A stretch of 57,535 nucleotides of DNA from an uncultured Bacilli bacterium (GCA_944363795.1 CALVVG010000002.1:1-57535); one strand, 5' to 3'; shown: positions 18,584-29,823, numbered from the stretch's first letter. The notes: generated by a model not told the origin, from the letters alone. A program made the numbers and translations.

Positions 18584-20332
18584 ATGAGCTATATTAAAGA
18601 TACTGAGATAAATGCTATTCGTGAACAAGCGGATATAGTAGATATATTAGCAGATTATATTCATTTAGAGCAAAAAGGGAAAAATTTTTGGGCAAAATGT
18701 CCTTTTCATGGAAGTGGTAATGAAAGAACTCCTAGTTTTGCGGTTTCACGGGATCGCCAAACTTATTATTGTTTTTCATGTAAAAAATATGGTAATGTGT
18801 TTTCATTTATTATGGAATATGAAAACGTTGGTTATATAGAAGCTATAAAAATGGTGGCTGATAAAGTGGGATATAAATTAAATACAATTGAATTTGGCCC
18901 TCAAATAACAGCTAACAAAGATTTATATGATATTATGTCATTTGCAGAAAAATATTATCTTAATAATATATTTACTGAATCAGGAATAAAAGCCCGTAAA
19001 TATTTAGAAGATAGGGGTATTAACGAAAAAATAATTAGAGAATTTAGTTTGGGACTTGCCCCAATTGGAAAAAATACATTAAATAAATTATTAGTAAAAA
19101 AAGGATATAATGATAAACAATTAGATGAAGTTGGATTATTAAACAAGATTGGTATTGACACTTACGATACTTTTACTGATCGCATAATGATTCCAATTAA
19201 TGATTTAAAAGGGCAAGTTGTTGGATTTACAGGACGAATATTTAATGGTGAAGAAAATACTGCTAAATATATGAATTCAAAAGAAACAGTAATTTTTAAA
19301 AAAAGTAATATATTATTTAACTACTATAATGCTAAAAATGCTATTCGTGATGAAAAAAAAGTTATAGTTGTTGAAGGAAATATGGATGCTATTAAATTAA
19401 GTGCCAGTGGTATTAAAAATGTTGTGGCTTTAATGGGAGTGGTTTTATCTAAATTTCAAATTGAAGTATTGGCAAAACTAAAAGTTCCCATAATATTAAT
19501 GTTAGATAATGACTCCGCAGGATTAAATGCTACTTTAAAAAACGGGGAATTATTGGAAAAAGAAAATTTGAATGTATGCGTGGTAAGGCTTAATGATGTT
19601 AAAGATCCCGATGAATATATTCGATTTAAAGGTGTTGATGCTTTAAAAGATAATATAAAGCATGCTCAAAAATTTATTGATTTTAAATTAAAATATTATA
19701 AAGAAGGAAAAAATTTAGATAATGTAGAAGATTTAAGACAATATGTAAAGGAAGTTTTAAATAGTTTAAATAATACTGATGACTTGACAAAAAGCATAAT
19801 TATATCTAAAATAAGCAAGGATTATGCAATTGATATTCATGTATTGCAAGAAGAAGTAAATAAAGGGAAAGAGATTATTAAGGAAAAGAAAATAATTAAA
19901 GAAGAAAAATCTGTTCCCAAGTTTACTAAATATCATATAGCAGCAAGTAAAATTTTATATCATATGATGCATGATAAAAAATATATTACTATTTATAAAA
20001 ATAAACTAGGATATTTTAAAGAAAAAATAGAAAGGATAGTTGCAAGTGAAATAGTATTTTATAGTAATGAGCATAATAATATTAATATAGCAGATTTTAT
20101 TAGCTATTTAATCCCTCAAGAGGAATTAAATAAATATGTTAATCAAATAATAAGTGAAAACATTAATTCTGTAGTTAGTGAATCAGAATTTAATAATTGT
20201 ATAAATGTTATACTTAAATTATTAAAAAAAGATGAAATAAAATTATTAAAAGAAAAAATTAAAAATGAGATGGATATAAATAAAAAGGTTGAGTTAATAG
20301 CAAAATTGACTGAAATTAAAAAGGAAGTGTGA
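18584..20332 (+). CDS. dnaG: DNA primase
   Basis: Zinc finger CPFHGSGNERTPSFAVS...YYCFSC. Toprim VVEGNMD ... LDNDSAG. Confidence 0.9.
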   Translation: MSYIKDTEINAIREQADIVDILADYIHLEQKGKNFWAKCPFHGSGNERTPSFAVSRDRQTYYCFSCKKYGNVFSFIMEYENVGYIEAIKMVADKVGYKLNTIEFGPQITANKDLYDIMSFAEKYYLNNIFTESGIKARKYLEDRGINEKIIREFSLGLAPIGKNTLNKLLVKKGYNDKQLDEVGLLNKIGIDTYDTFTDRIMIPINDLKGQVVGFTGRIFNGEENTAKYMNSKETVIFKKSNILFNYYNAKNAIRDEKKVIVVEGNMDAIKLSASGIKNVVALMGVVLSKFQIEVLAKLKVPIILMLDNDSAGLNATLKNGELLEKENLNVCVVRLNDVKDPDEYIRFKGVDALKDNIKHAQKFIDFKLKYYKEGKNLDNVEDLRQYVKEVLNSLNNTDDLTKSIIISKISKDYAIDIHVLQEEVNKGKEIIKEKKIIKEEKSVPKFTKYHIAASKILYHMMHDKKYITIYKNKLGYFKEKIERIVASEIVFYSNEHNNINIADFISYLIPQEELNKYVNQIISENINSVVSESEFNNCINVILKLLKKDEIKLLKEKIKNEMDINKKVELIAKLTEIKKEV

Positions 20333-20335
20333 AAT

Positions 20336-21442
20336 ATGAATGAAATTAAAACATTAGAAGAAAGGGAAAATAATTTAATTGCATTAGGAAAAAAGAAAGG
20401 TTTTATAACCTATGAAGAATTAGCAGAAGAATTAAAAGGTTTGGACATCGACAATGATGATTTAGATAATTTGTATACAAAACTAGTTGAAAATGAAATT
20501 ACAGTTGTCTCTGAGGATGAAGTTGATAATAGCGGCGGAGTTGCTAGAATTAAGCCTAAAGAAGAAAGTGAAAATATTATTTTAAATGATGAAGATATTA
20601 CAAAAGATATAAATATAAATGATCCAGTACGTATGTATCTAAAAGAAATAGGTAGAATATCACTACTTTCTGGAACTGAAGAAATGGAAATATCTCAAAG
20701 GGTAGCTAATGGTGATGAAGATGCTAAAAGAATATTAGCAGAATCTAATTTGCGTTTAGTAGTAAGTATTGCTAAAAGATATGTTGGTAGAGGACTATTA
20801 TTTTTGGATTTAATTCAAGAAGGTAATATTGGGCTGATGAAAGCTGTAGAAAAATTTGATTATGACAAAGGTTATAAATTTTCTACGTATGCTACATGGT
20901 GGATTAGACAAGCTATTACAAGAGCATTGGCTGATCAAGCACGAACTATTAGAGTTCCAGTACACATGGTAGAAACTATTAATAAGATGTCAAGAATTCA
21001 AAGACAATTGACATTAGAATTGAATAGAGAACCAACTGAGGAAGAAATTGCCAAAAAAATGGGAGTTGGAGTTGAAAAGGTAAGAGAAGTTTTAAAAATT
21101 AGTCAAGAACCAGTTTCTTTAGAAACACCAATTGGTGAAGAAGAAGATTCTCATTTAGGAGACTTTTTAAAAGATGAATCTAGTTTATCACCTGAAGAAT
21201 ATACAGAAAATGAAATATTAAAAGAAGAAATAAAGGAAGTATTAATGTCCCTTCAAGCAAGAGAGCAAGAAGTTTTAGAATTGCGTTTTGGATTAATTGA
21301 TGGAACTTGTCATACTTTAGAAGAAGTAGGTAAAAAGTTTAATGTAACAAGGGAAAGAATTAGACAAATAGAAGCTAAAGCATTAAGAAAATTACGTCAT
21401 CCATCTCGTGCAAAAAAATTAAGAGACTTTTTGGAAGAATAA
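20336..21442 (+). CDS. sigA: RNA polymerase primary sigma factor
   Basis: Regions 2-4 present: [38 protein letters not shown] and [30 protein letters not shown]. Confidence 0.95.
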   Translation: MNEIKTLEERENNLIALGKKKGFITYEELAEELKGLDIDNDDLDNLYTKLVENEITVVSEDEVDNSGGVARIKPKEESENIILNDEDITKDININDPVRMYLKEIGRISLLSGTEEMEISQRVANGDEDAKRILAESNLRLVVSIAKRYVGRGLLFLDLIQEGNIGLMKAVEKFDYDKGYKFSTYATWWIRQAITRALADQARTIRVPVHMVETINKMSRIQRQLTLELNREPTEEEIAKKMGVGVEKVREVLKISQEPVSLETPIGEEEDSHLGDFLKDESSLSPEEYTENEILKEEIKEVLMSLQAREQEVLELRFGLIDGTCHTLEEVGKKFNVTRERIRQIEAKALRKLRHPSRAKKLRDFLEE

Positions 21443-22066
21443 ATGATAAGTATTAGGTTAAAGACAATAGCATCATTAATTGATTATAATAGTAGTGTTA
21501 TTGACATTGGTACAGATCATGCATATTTGCCAATTTATTTGTACTTACATAATATTACTAAAAATATTACTGCAACAGATGTTTCTTCTAATGTTTTAAA
21601 AATAAGTTTAAAAAATTTACAAAAATTTAATCTAGAAAATAAAATAAAATTAATTAAATCTGATGGATTTAAGAATATTATACAAAGATATGATATAGCA
21701 GTTGTAGCAGGAATGGGAACTTATAATATAATAAAAATATTGAATAAATCTGATATTCCTAACACATTGATACTTCAAAGTAATAATAATCATTATTTAT
21801 TAAGATTACATTTAAATAGTTTGGGATATAAAATAGAAAAAGAAATTGCTATATATGAGGATAATCATTACTATATAATTATTAAATATGTTAAAGAAAG
21901 CGAAGTTTTAACTACAGAAGAATTATTGTTTGGTAAATCTAATAATTTAAAATATTATCTATATTTAAAAAATAAGTATCAAATATTATATGAACGAGCA
22001 AAAGATCAAAAATTTTTAGATTATATTAGTATACTCAATAAAATTATTGAAAAAATACCGGAGTAG
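21443..22066 (+). CDS. trmK: tRNA (adenine22-N1)-methyltransferase TrmK
   Basis: IDIGTDHAYLPIYL motif. Position after sigA, as in Bacillus. Confidence 0.75.
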   Translation: MISIRLKTIASLIDYNSSVIDIGTDHAYLPIYLYLHNITKNITATDVSSNVLKISLKNLQKFNLENKIKLIKSDGFKNIIQRYDIAVVAGMGTYNIIKILNKSDIPNTLILQSNNNHYLLRLHLNSLGYKIEKEIAIYEDNHYYIIIKYVKESEVLTTEELLFGKSNNLKYYLYLKNKYQILYERAKDQKFLDYISILNKIIEKIPE

Positions 22067-22331
22067 ATTGGATAGTAATACTACTATTCTTTTTTTGATT
22101 AAAATTGCTTTCTTCATTATTTTGATTTATAGTTTTTTGAATTGGAACATTATTATTACTGGAATGATTAAATTCTTTTAACATATGTAATATTTTACGG
22201 GCATTTCCAACCATAGGTTTAACTTGTTGATAAAGTGGAATAACTTGATTAGCAATACTTAAGCCTTTGGAAATGCCATTCAATACTTTTCCAATTGATA
22301 AGCTATTACTTATAGTATTTACACCAAACAT
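22044..22331 (-). CDS. small YqfQ-like protein
   Basis: AGGTGA RBS before the ATG at 22331. N-terminal MFG...L.G.SK.L pattern and location near sigA/trmK recall Bacillus yqfQ. Weak call. Confidence 0.35.
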   Translation of the reverse strand: MFGVNTISNSLSIGKVLNGISKGLSIANQVIPLYQQVKPMVGNARKILHMLKEFNHSSNNNVPIQKTINQNNEESNFNQKKNSSITIQSTPVFFQ

Positions 22332-22449
22332 GATAATCACCTATTAAATTATATGAAAAATAAAAAATAAATGTTAAAATAATTTTCTAAATCAATTGTA
22401 ATAATTAAATAAATTTGGTATACTAAATTAAGAGTAAAGGATGATATTA

Positions 22450-24024
22450 ATGCAAGAAACTGTAAAAGAAAATCCTAGTAAAAATAATTTAATCGAAATT
22501 TTAAAAACACCATTTACTATTTTATATAATATTCTTGTATATGCTGGTATTGGAATTAAAGCAACTTTTTTTGATTTGTGGGTTAATTTATATAATAGTG
22601 CAAGTTATCAAGTAGATAAAACTTATCGATACACAAAACAACAATTTATGGAAGAAGAAGATAAAATATATGAAATGACGAAGAAAAAGCCTAAAAAGGA
22701 AAAAATATATAAATATAGTGCTAAAACTTTGGCAAAATTAGAGGAAGAAAAAAAAGAATTATTAATAGATTTACAAACTTCCGGAGCAACACGGAGTAAA
22801 ACCCCTCATACTTATTATTATAAAGTAAAGGATGCCAGTGGTAAAATAATAACTGGAACAATGAATGGACTTAGTAAATTGGATATCAATTCATATTTAT
22901 TAAATGAAGGATATGAAATTTATATGATTAAAACATCTCCTTTTATTGATTTTATTTATAAAGAAACAAGCTTTGGTGGCAAGAAAATGTCAACTAAAGA
23001 TTTAATATTTTGGTTAACACAATTGTCCACTTATATAAAGGCAGGATTAACTTTAAATGAAGCTATAAAAATCTTAAATACTCAAATGAAAGGTAGTAAA
23101 GCTCGAAGTACAGCTTTTAAAGCTATTTCTTATGAACTTACGTTAGGAGAATCTTTTTCTAGTGCTTTAGAAAAACAAGGGGATATGTTTCCAGCTTTAT
23201 TGATTAACATGATTAAGGCGGCAGAGGCTAGCGGTACATTAATCGAAACTTTAGATGATATGGCCAATTATTATACTGAAATTAATGAAACTCATAAACA
23301 AATGATAAGTGCAATGACATATCCTACCATAATTACAATTTTTTCAATTGGAGTAATTGTATTTATTTTAATATATGTTGTTCCTAAATTTACAGAAATA
23401 TATGAAGCTAATGATGCTAAAATTACTGGTATAACTAAAATTGTATTAGATGTTAGTAATTTTATAACGGAGCAATATATGGCAATAATTGCAGTGATTT
23501 TTGTAATTGTATTTATTATAATTATCTTATATAAAAGCGTTAAAGCATTTAAAACAAGTATGCAAATAATATTAATGCATATTCCTATCGTAAAAAACGT
23601 AATTATTTATAATGAATTAACAATTTTTTCTAAAACATTTGCTTCATTATTGAGAAATAATGTGTTTATAACTGAAAGTATGGATATTTTAAGTAAGATA
23701 ACAAATAATGAAGTATATAAGGCAATATTGTATAAAACTATTAATAATATTGTCAAAGGTGAAAAGATTTCTGAAGCTTTTAAAGATCATTGGGCAATAC
23801 CTGACGTTGCTTATTATATGATAGTTACGGGCGAATCTACTGGTGATTTAGCTAATATGATGCAAAAAGTTAGCGAATACTATCAATTACTGCATAAAAA
23901 TATTATAAATAATTTAAAAGCTTTTATTGAACCAATAATGATTTCTTGTCTATCTATTCTTGTCGGTTTAATTATTATTGCAGTAATAGTACCATTATTT
24001 GGTATGTATGACCAAATATCTTAG
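22450..24024 (+). CDS. type II secretion / type IV pilus platform protein (GspF/PilC/ComGB family) with an N-terminal extension
   Basis: Two GspF repeats (LSTYIKAGLTLNEAI...; FASLLRNNVFITESM...). Three TM segments. About 110 extra N-terminal residues. Confidence 0.8.
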   Translation: MQETVKENPSKNNLIEILKTPFTILYNILVYAGIGIKATFFDLWVNLYNSASYQVDKTYRYTKQQFMEEEDKIYEMTKKKPKKEKIYKYSAKTLAKLEEEKKELLIDLQTSGATRSKTPHTYYYKVKDASGKIITGTMNGLSKLDINSYLLNEGYEIYMIKTSPFIDFIYKETSFGGKKMSTKDLIFWLTQLSTYIKAGLTLNEAIKILNTQMKGSKARSTAFKAISYELTLGESFSSALEKQGDMFPALLINMIKAAEASGTLIETLDDMANYYTEINETHKQMISAMTYPTIITIFSIGVIVFILIYVVPKFTEIYEANDAKITGITKIVLDVSNFITEQYMAIIAVIFVIVFIIIILYKSVKAFKTSMQIILMHIPIVKNVIIYNELTIFSKTFASLLRNNVFITESMDILSKITNNEVYKAILYKTINNIVKGEKISEAFKDHWAIPDVAYYMIVTGESTGDLANMMQKVSEYYQLLHKNIINNLKAFIEPIMISCLSILVGLIIIAVIVPLFGMYDQIS

Positions 24025-24036
24025 AAGGGATTTGTT

Positions 24037-24786
24037 ATGGCAGTATTATTATTTATTATTGGAATTATATTTGGATCGTTTTTTCTTGTAGTAGGCACTA
24101 GACTTCCAAAAGGCGAAGATGCCTTTTTTTCTAGAAGTAAATGTGACTACTGTAACCATAAGTTGAAATGGTACAATTTAATACCTATACTTTCATATTT
24201 GTTTCAATTAGGAAGATGTAGTTATTGCAATAAAAAGATTAATCTAGAATATATAATTGTTGAATTAATAACGGGAATACTATTTGTACTATGTTATATA
24301 TATTTTCCTATTGGTTATAATTTTTATGTTTCTTTAATAATATGTTCTTTATTAATGATTATTTTTATTAGTGATTTCAAATATATGATTATTTTAGATT
24401 CACCATTAGTTATTTCTAGTATATTAATTATAATATTGAAGATAATATATCGAGGTTTTAATGAAACTTTAATAAGTGTTATTTCAGGAATTGCTTTATT
24501 TTTTGTTATGTTATTAATATTTGATATTGGCAAATTAATATTTAAAAAAGAAACTCTAGGTGGGGGTGATATAAAATTAGCATTTGTAATGGGACTTACA
24601 TTAAACTTTTATTTAGGATTAGTTGCTATAGTTTTGTCAACATTTTTGGCTTTACCATATGCAATTGCATCTTTGGAAATAAAAAAAAGTAATGCATTTC
24701 CATATGGACCATTTTTATGTGGGGCATTATTTTTAGTTTTTTTCCATTACGATAAATTTATTAATTTGCTAAATTTTTTATTTTAA
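24037..24786 (+). CDS. prepilin peptidase (A24 family)
   Basis: Zinc-binding CDYC...CSYC. Catalytic-Asp region GGGDIKL. Polytopic membrane protein. Confidence 0.85.
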   Translation: MAVLLFIIGIIFGSFFLVVGTRLPKGEDAFFSRSKCDYCNHKLKWYNLIPILSYLFQLGRCSYCNKKINLEYIIVELITGILFVLCYIYFPIGYNFYVSLIICSLLMIIFISDFKYMIILDSPLVISSILIIILKIIYRGFNETLISVISGIALFFVMLLIFDIGKLIFKKETLGGGDIKLAFVMGLTLNFYLGLVAIVLSTFLALPYAIASLEIKKSNAFPYGPFLCGALFLVFFHYDKFINLLNFLF

Positions 24787-24816
24787 AAAATCCAATCATG
24801 AGTTTGGATTTTTTTA
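24785..24816. terminator. bidirectional terminator hairpin
   Basis: AAAAAATCCAA-tcatgagt-TTGGATTTTTTT, between convergent genes. Confidence 0.65.
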
Positions 24817-24906
24817 TACTATATATACAATTATACTTGCTGCTACACTGCCTAAAATTAATATTAACATTATCCAGACTACAAGTTTTTGTACTTTTTT
24901 ATTCAT
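24814..24906 (-). CDS. 30-aa hydrophobic peptide (single TM)
   Basis: Not in the ORF track because it is too short. GAAGGGA RBS, then ATG. Encodes MNKKVQKLVVWIMLILILGSVAASIIVYIV*. Confidence 0.35.
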   Translation of the reverse strand: MNKKVQKLVVWIMLILILGSVAASIIVYIV

Positions 24907-24987
24907 TTTATTAATCCCTTCTTTCTAATTATTAATAATTTATCATATTTATATAAAATTTTCAATATACTTTAATGGTGATATAGT

Positions 24988-25566
24988 ATGTGGACAAGCA
25001 ATGGAAAAAAACTTTATTTATTTTTAGGAATAATATTTATTGTTGGTATAATAGCAGGAATTTTTTTCTTGTTTTATTTAGATGAAGCTAGTAAAGAGAT
25101 AATATTTTTAAATATTAACGATTGGATTCAGGGCTTAGAAAAAAATCATATAAATAATATTGTTAATCATCTAATTATTTTATCTAGTTTGTTTATCACT
25201 AGTTTATTTTTGATTGGCTTACCATTTGTATTATTTTTTATTTTCTATAATGGATTTAGCATGGGATTTATAATTTCATCTTTAATTAATATTTTAGGAG
25301 TTAAAGGATTATTATATGGCATTATATATATTTTAATATCAAAAGGTGTATATATATTTTTCTTAAGCATTTTTGTAGTAACATTAATTAAAATTATATT
25401 TATAGTGGTTTTTAAATTATTAAAAGGAATTAAGATTAATAAAGATTTATTAATCTTATTAGTGAAGAAAGCATTAATTTGCATAGCAATAATATTAATA
25501 TACGATATTATTTTATATTTTTTTGGAACTAAATTAATAAACATCTTTAATTTTTTATTAAATTAA
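24988..25566 (+). CDS. SpoIIM-like membrane protein
   Basis: 192 aa, about 5 TM helices. Overall pattern resembles stage II sporulation protein M. No catalytic motif available to confirm. Confidence 0.5.
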   Translation: MWTSNGKKLYLFLGIIFIVGIIAGIFFLFYLDEASKEIIFLNINDWIQGLEKNHINNIVNHLIILSSLFITSLFLIGLPFVLFFIFYNGFSMGFIISSLINILGVKGLLYGIIYILISKGVYIFFLSIFVVTLIKIIFIVVFKLLKGIKINKDLLILLVKKALICIAIILIYDIILYFFGTKLINIFNFLLN

Positions 25567-25588
25567 TGTATACTATAAACGTGATATT

Positions 25589-26701
25589 ATGGAAAAAGTT
25601 ATAGTTGGCGTTAGTGGAGGAGTAGATTCTGCAGTTGCTCTTTTGCTACTAAAAAATCAGGGTTATGATGTGGAAGGATTATTCATGAGAAATTGGGATA
25701 GTAATATTAGTAATGATATTTTAGGTAATCCTAATGATTTAAATGATATATGTCCACAAGAAAAAGATTATAATGATGCTTTAGAATTATGTAATAAACT
25801 TAATATAAAATTGCATCGAATAGATTTTATTAAAGAATATTGGGATTATGTGTTTACATATTTTTTAGATGAATTAAAAAAAGGAAGAACACCTAATCCA
25901 GATTTATTATGTAATAAATTTATAAAATTTGATTTATTTATTAAAGAAGCTAAAAAATTAGGAGCTGATTATGTTGCTACTGGTCATTATGCTAGAATTG
26001 TAAATGGCAAATTATTAAGAGCTGTTGATTTAAATAAGGATCAAACTTATTTTTTGGCTGATGTACCCGCTAAAAATTTTAGAAACGTTTTATTTCCTGT
26101 AGGAGATTATAAAAAAGATGAAATTCGTAAAATTGCTTTAGAGCATGGTTTAAATGTTGCTAAAAAAAAGGATTCTACAGGAATTTGCTTTATTGGAGAA
26201 AGAAACTATCAACAATTTATTGCTAATTATTTAAAACCTAATCCTGGTAATATTGTAAATGTTGCCAATAAACAAATAATTGGTAAACATACAGGATTAA
26301 TGAATTATACTATAGGACAACGAAGAAATGTCGGTATTAGTGGTAATGCAGAAAGACACTATGTTTGTGGTAAGGATGTTAAAAATAATATTTTATATGT
26401 TGCTTTTGGTGAAGATAATAAATATTTATTATCAGATGCGTGTATAATAGAAAAAGTTAACTTTATTTCTGGCTTTAGGCCCACATTTTGTACTGCTAAA
26501 TTTAGATATCGTGATCAAGACCACCCAGTTGAATTAAATTATTTAGATGATGGTAATATATTAGTTAAATATCCAGGTAAAGCAAAGTCTGTTACTCCTG
26601 GTCAAGCATGTGTACTATATTTAGGTGAAGAATGTTTGGGATGTGGTTTTATAAAAGAAGTTATGTTAAATAATACTAAATTATGGTATTTACAAAGCTA
26701 G
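25589..26701 (+). CDS. mnmA: tRNA 2-thiouridine(34) synthase MnmA
   Basis: PP-loop VGVSGGVDSAV. NPDLLCNKFIKF. KDQTYFL. TGICFIGE. Confidence 0.92.
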   Translation: MEKVIVGVSGGVDSAVALLLLKNQGYDVEGLFMRNWDSNISNDILGNPNDLNDICPQEKDYNDALELCNKLNIKLHRIDFIKEYWDYVFTYFLDELKKGRTPNPDLLCNKFIKFDLFIKEAKKLGADYVATGHYARIVNGKLLRAVDLNKDQTYFLADVPAKNFRNVLFPVGDYKKDEIRKIALEHGLNVAKKKDSTGICFIGERNYQQFIANYLKPNPGNIVNVANKQIIGKHTGLMNYTIGQRRNVGISGNAERHYVCGKDVKNNILYVAFGEDNKYLLSDACIIEKVNFISGFRPTFCTAKFRYRDQDHPVELNYLDDGNILVKYPGKAKSVTPGQACVLYLGEECLGCGFIKEVMLNNTKLWYLQS

Positions 26702-26765
26702 ACTTGATTTTGAGTGTTAAGTTATGTATAATAAAAATGTAAAGATTAAAGAAGGTAGTGAGGTT

Positions 26766-27536
26766 ATGGATAGATTAAATGAATTATTACAAGAATTAGG
26801 ATTAACAAAAGTTAAGCTTGCTAAATATTTAGGGGTATCACGACAAATGGTATATAATTATTTAGTTCTTGATAGTCTAGATAAATGGCCAAAAGAAAAA
26901 AAAGTTTTATTATTACAATTGTTAGATATTAAAGATAGTAGTGATAAATCAATCAATAATATTGTAGTTAACACACAATATTTGATGGAAGTAGAAAAAA
27001 GATTAAATAATGCCATTAAAACCAGTAATTGTATGGATTCTTGTGTTGATTTTAGTAATTTAACTAAAGAAAAGCGTACTTTATTAAACGATTTTATATT
27101 TTTATTAAAAGAAAAATTAGAAGATGATGAAAATGGTGGGGCTACTGCAATTCGTTATATGTACTATTTATTACAATCTATGGATAATATTCCCGAAATA
27201 AAATATTTTTTAGGATACATGGCTAAATCAAACGGTTTTATCAAACCTGAAGATTATGCTTTTAATGAAGAAAAACAATTTATTTTTGAAAGTATATTAT
27301 ATACGGCTTTAACCCTATATACTAGTGGTGGTGCTAGTAAAAGTCGAGTTGCAGAACATCATCAAAAGTTTATACAAGAAATAGAGCAAAAAAAAGAAGA
27401 AAAACTTAGTAGGACTCAAGAATTAACAACAGTTAGAATACAGGCATTAAGGGAATTAGGATATAATTCAATAAATAATAATAATGCTGCTGAAGTGTTT
27501 GAAAAAATAGCAGAAATAGAATCTAGAAAAGTTTAA
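26766..27536 (+). CDS. HTH-domain protein, function unknown
   Basis: N-terminal LGLTKVKLAKYLGVSRQMVYNYL HTH. GTGAGG RBS before the ATG at 26766. Confidence 0.55.
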   Translation: MDRLNELLQELGLTKVKLAKYLGVSRQMVYNYLVLDSLDKWPKEKKVLLLQLLDIKDSSDKSINNIVVNTQYLMEVEKRLNNAIKTSNCMDSCVDFSNLTKEKRTLLNDFIFLLKEKLEDDENGGATAIRYMYYLLQSMDNIPEIKYFLGYMAKSNGFIKPEDYAFNEEKQFIFESILYTALTLYTSGGASKSRVAEHHQKFIQEIEQKKEEKLSRTQELTTVRIQALRELGYNSINNNNAAEVFEKIAEIESRKV

Positions 27537-27548
27537 AGGTGTTAATCT

Positions 27549-28352
27549 ATGAAAAAAATGGCAAACAATAGGAAAAAAATTAGAATAATTTTAGGAATAA
27601 TTATTTTATTATTAATTATAGTTTTTATATTATTTACAATAAAACAAAATAAATTAAATGTTAGTAGCAAATTAACAGAAGAATTATATAGCTATGTTGG
27701 AGGTAGTAAGTTAGAAGTTTGTAATGGTCTTAGCAATTATGATGAAAAAGAAATAACATTTAATGATTTAGAAAATTCAGTAAGAATTTGTAATTCGTAT
27801 GAGCTTTTAGATAACACCAAAAAAAGTATAATTACTTTGGATGAAAATAAAGATAATACTTGTAATTTAAGTGATAATATAGAATTTGCAACTGATAATT
27901 ATGAAGATGATGTTTGTACTATTTCTAAAATATCAAGTGATATTATAAATGACCAATATCAAAAAATATATGGTAAAAGTATTGAAAATTATGAAAATTT
28001 TCAATATGATGCTACAACTATTTGTTATTATGAAGATGGTTATTATTATTGTGGTTTAGCTACAAGCTATACTATAACAATTGGAAGTGAACCACGTACA
28101 TATAGAACCATTAAAGATATTCAAGAACAAGATAATAAAATAGTAATTTATGATTATTTTGTTAAGGTTGAAAATGATGAATGCTATACTTCTTATAACG
28201 ACGAAACAAAGAATGACGATTGTACAAAACATTATGACTCAAATAAAAAAATAAATTATAGTTTTTTAAAAAAGTATGGAACTTTATTTAAACATACTTT
28301 TGAAAAAAATAAAGATGGTTATTATTGGATTAAGAGTGAGCCAGTCAAATAA
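27549..28352 (+). CDS. membrane-anchored Cys-rich extracytoplasmic protein, function unknown
   Basis: N-terminal signal anchor. Multiple Cys residues in the exported part. Confidence 0.45.
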   Translation: MKKMANNRKKIRIILGIIILLLIIVFILFTIKQNKLNVSSKLTEELYSYVGGSKLEVCNGLSNYDEKEITFNDLENSVRICNSYELLDNTKKSIITLDENKDNTCNLSDNIEFATDNYEDDVCTISKISSDIINDQYQKIYGKSIENYENFQYDATTICYYEDGYYYCGLATSYTITIGSEPRTYRTIKDIQEQDNKIVIYDYFVKVENDECYTSYNDETKNDDCTKHYDSNKKINYSFLKKYGTLFKHTFEKNKDGYYWIKSEPVK

Positions 28353-28382
28353 CAAATGTTATTGCATTTGTTATTTTTTTTG
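28351..28382 (+). terminator. intrinsic terminator
   Basis: AACAAATG-ttattg-CATTTGTT followed by ATTTTTTTTT. Confidence 0.7.
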
Positions 28383-28451
28383 TAGAAAACCAATGACTTT
28401 TTATTAAATGAATGGTATAATAAATTTATATTTTAGAAGGTAGGCAAACTT

Positions 28452-29498
28452 ATGAATGATGAGATAATTATTATAATACCATCCTATAATCCACCAGAAA
28501 ATTTATTTGAAGGTTTATTGAATAAATTAAAGGATGGATTTAAAAATGTCTTAATTATTAATGATGGATCTAATGCAAAATATAATAATTTTTTTAAAAA
28601 CGCAGAAAATAAATATAAATATAAAGTATTAAAAAATGATAATAATTTAGGGAAGGGCAGTGCAATAAAAAAAGGGTATAATTATGCTTTAGAAAATTAC
28701 CCAAATGTTAAAGTATATGTTGTAATTGATTGTGATAACCAACATGATATTGATGATATGATTAAATGTTGTCAAAAATCAATAAAAAATCCAAATAGTC
28801 TAGTAATTGGAGCCAGAAATTTTGATTTAGAAAATGTTCCATTTAGAAATAAATGTGGCAATATTTTAACAAGAAATGTATTTAAATGGCTATTTAATTA
28901 TCATTTAAATGATGTTCAAACTGGATTAAGAGCAATAAGTCCACAAGTAGCAAAAAAATTAGTTACCGTTGTAGGCAATCGTTATAATTATGAATTAAAT
29001 TGCCTAATTTATTGTTGTGAAAATGGTATACCAATATATGAAGTGCCTATTAAAACAATTTATATTGGAAGTAATAAATATTCACATTTTAATCCCATCA
29101 AAGATTCTATAATAATTTATAAGGAGTTTGTAAACTATTATTTTAAATTTATTATACCTTATATAGTAAGTTTGATCATATTTTTGGTAATTTTTTATTG
29201 TTGGGATTCTACTAATGATTTATTCGCAATATGTTTTACTAATGCTATTTCTGGTTTTATTTTAATGATACTGCATTTTTTATTTAATTATAAAAATATA
29301 TATAAACATGGTAGAGTAGGAGATAATATAATTTATATTCTTAGAAAAGTATTAAAAATAATTATAGCTGGTATTTTAATATATATTTTATATAATATTT
29401 TAAATATTAATCTTTTATTTAGCAAACTTATAATAGATTCAATTTTAACTTTTATTATGTGGTCACTCTTTCAAAAGTTAATGTCAAAAAAAAATTAG
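28452..29498 (+). CDS. family 2 glycosyltransferase with a C-terminal GtrA-like multi-TM region
   Basis: IIIPSYNP ... INDGS ... DCDNQHD (DxD). C-terminal 130 aa hydrophobic. Confidence 0.75.
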   Translation: MNDEIIIIIPSYNPPENLFEGLLNKLKDGFKNVLIINDGSNAKYNNFFKNAENKYKYKVLKNDNNLGKGSAIKKGYNYALENYPNVKVYVVIDCDNQHDIDDMIKCCQKSIKNPNSLVIGARNFDLENVPFRNKCGNILTRNVFKWLFNYHLNDVQTGLRAISPQVAKKLVTVVGNRYNYELNCLIYCCENGIPIYEVPIKTIYIGSNKYSHFNPIKDSIIIYKEFVNYYFKFIIPYIVSLIIFLVIFYCWDSTNDLFAICFTNAISGFILMILHFLFNYKNIYKHGRVGDNIIYILRKVLKIIIAGILIYILYNILNINLLFSKLIIDSILTFIMWSLFQKLMSKKN

Positions 29499-29823
29499 CT
29501 TCCCCTACTTTTATTTAATAATAGGGGAATGCCTACTATATTAAATTCATGTATATATAAACCTTATTATATATATTAAATAAGGTTATAATTATATAAA
29601 ACAAAATAATAAGTATTAATATTTAAATAATAAAAATAATAAATTATTATGCAAAATTTATGCAAATTAAATGTAAAAAATAAAAAGCAAAATACAATAT
29701 TATTATAGCAATTTAATAAATATTAATTTGAAATTTTAAAATACTTTAAATTCAAGAAAATTTAGGATTTTTAACAATATTTATTTAATGAAATAATATA
29801 TATTATGTTAACTAAATCGTTGT

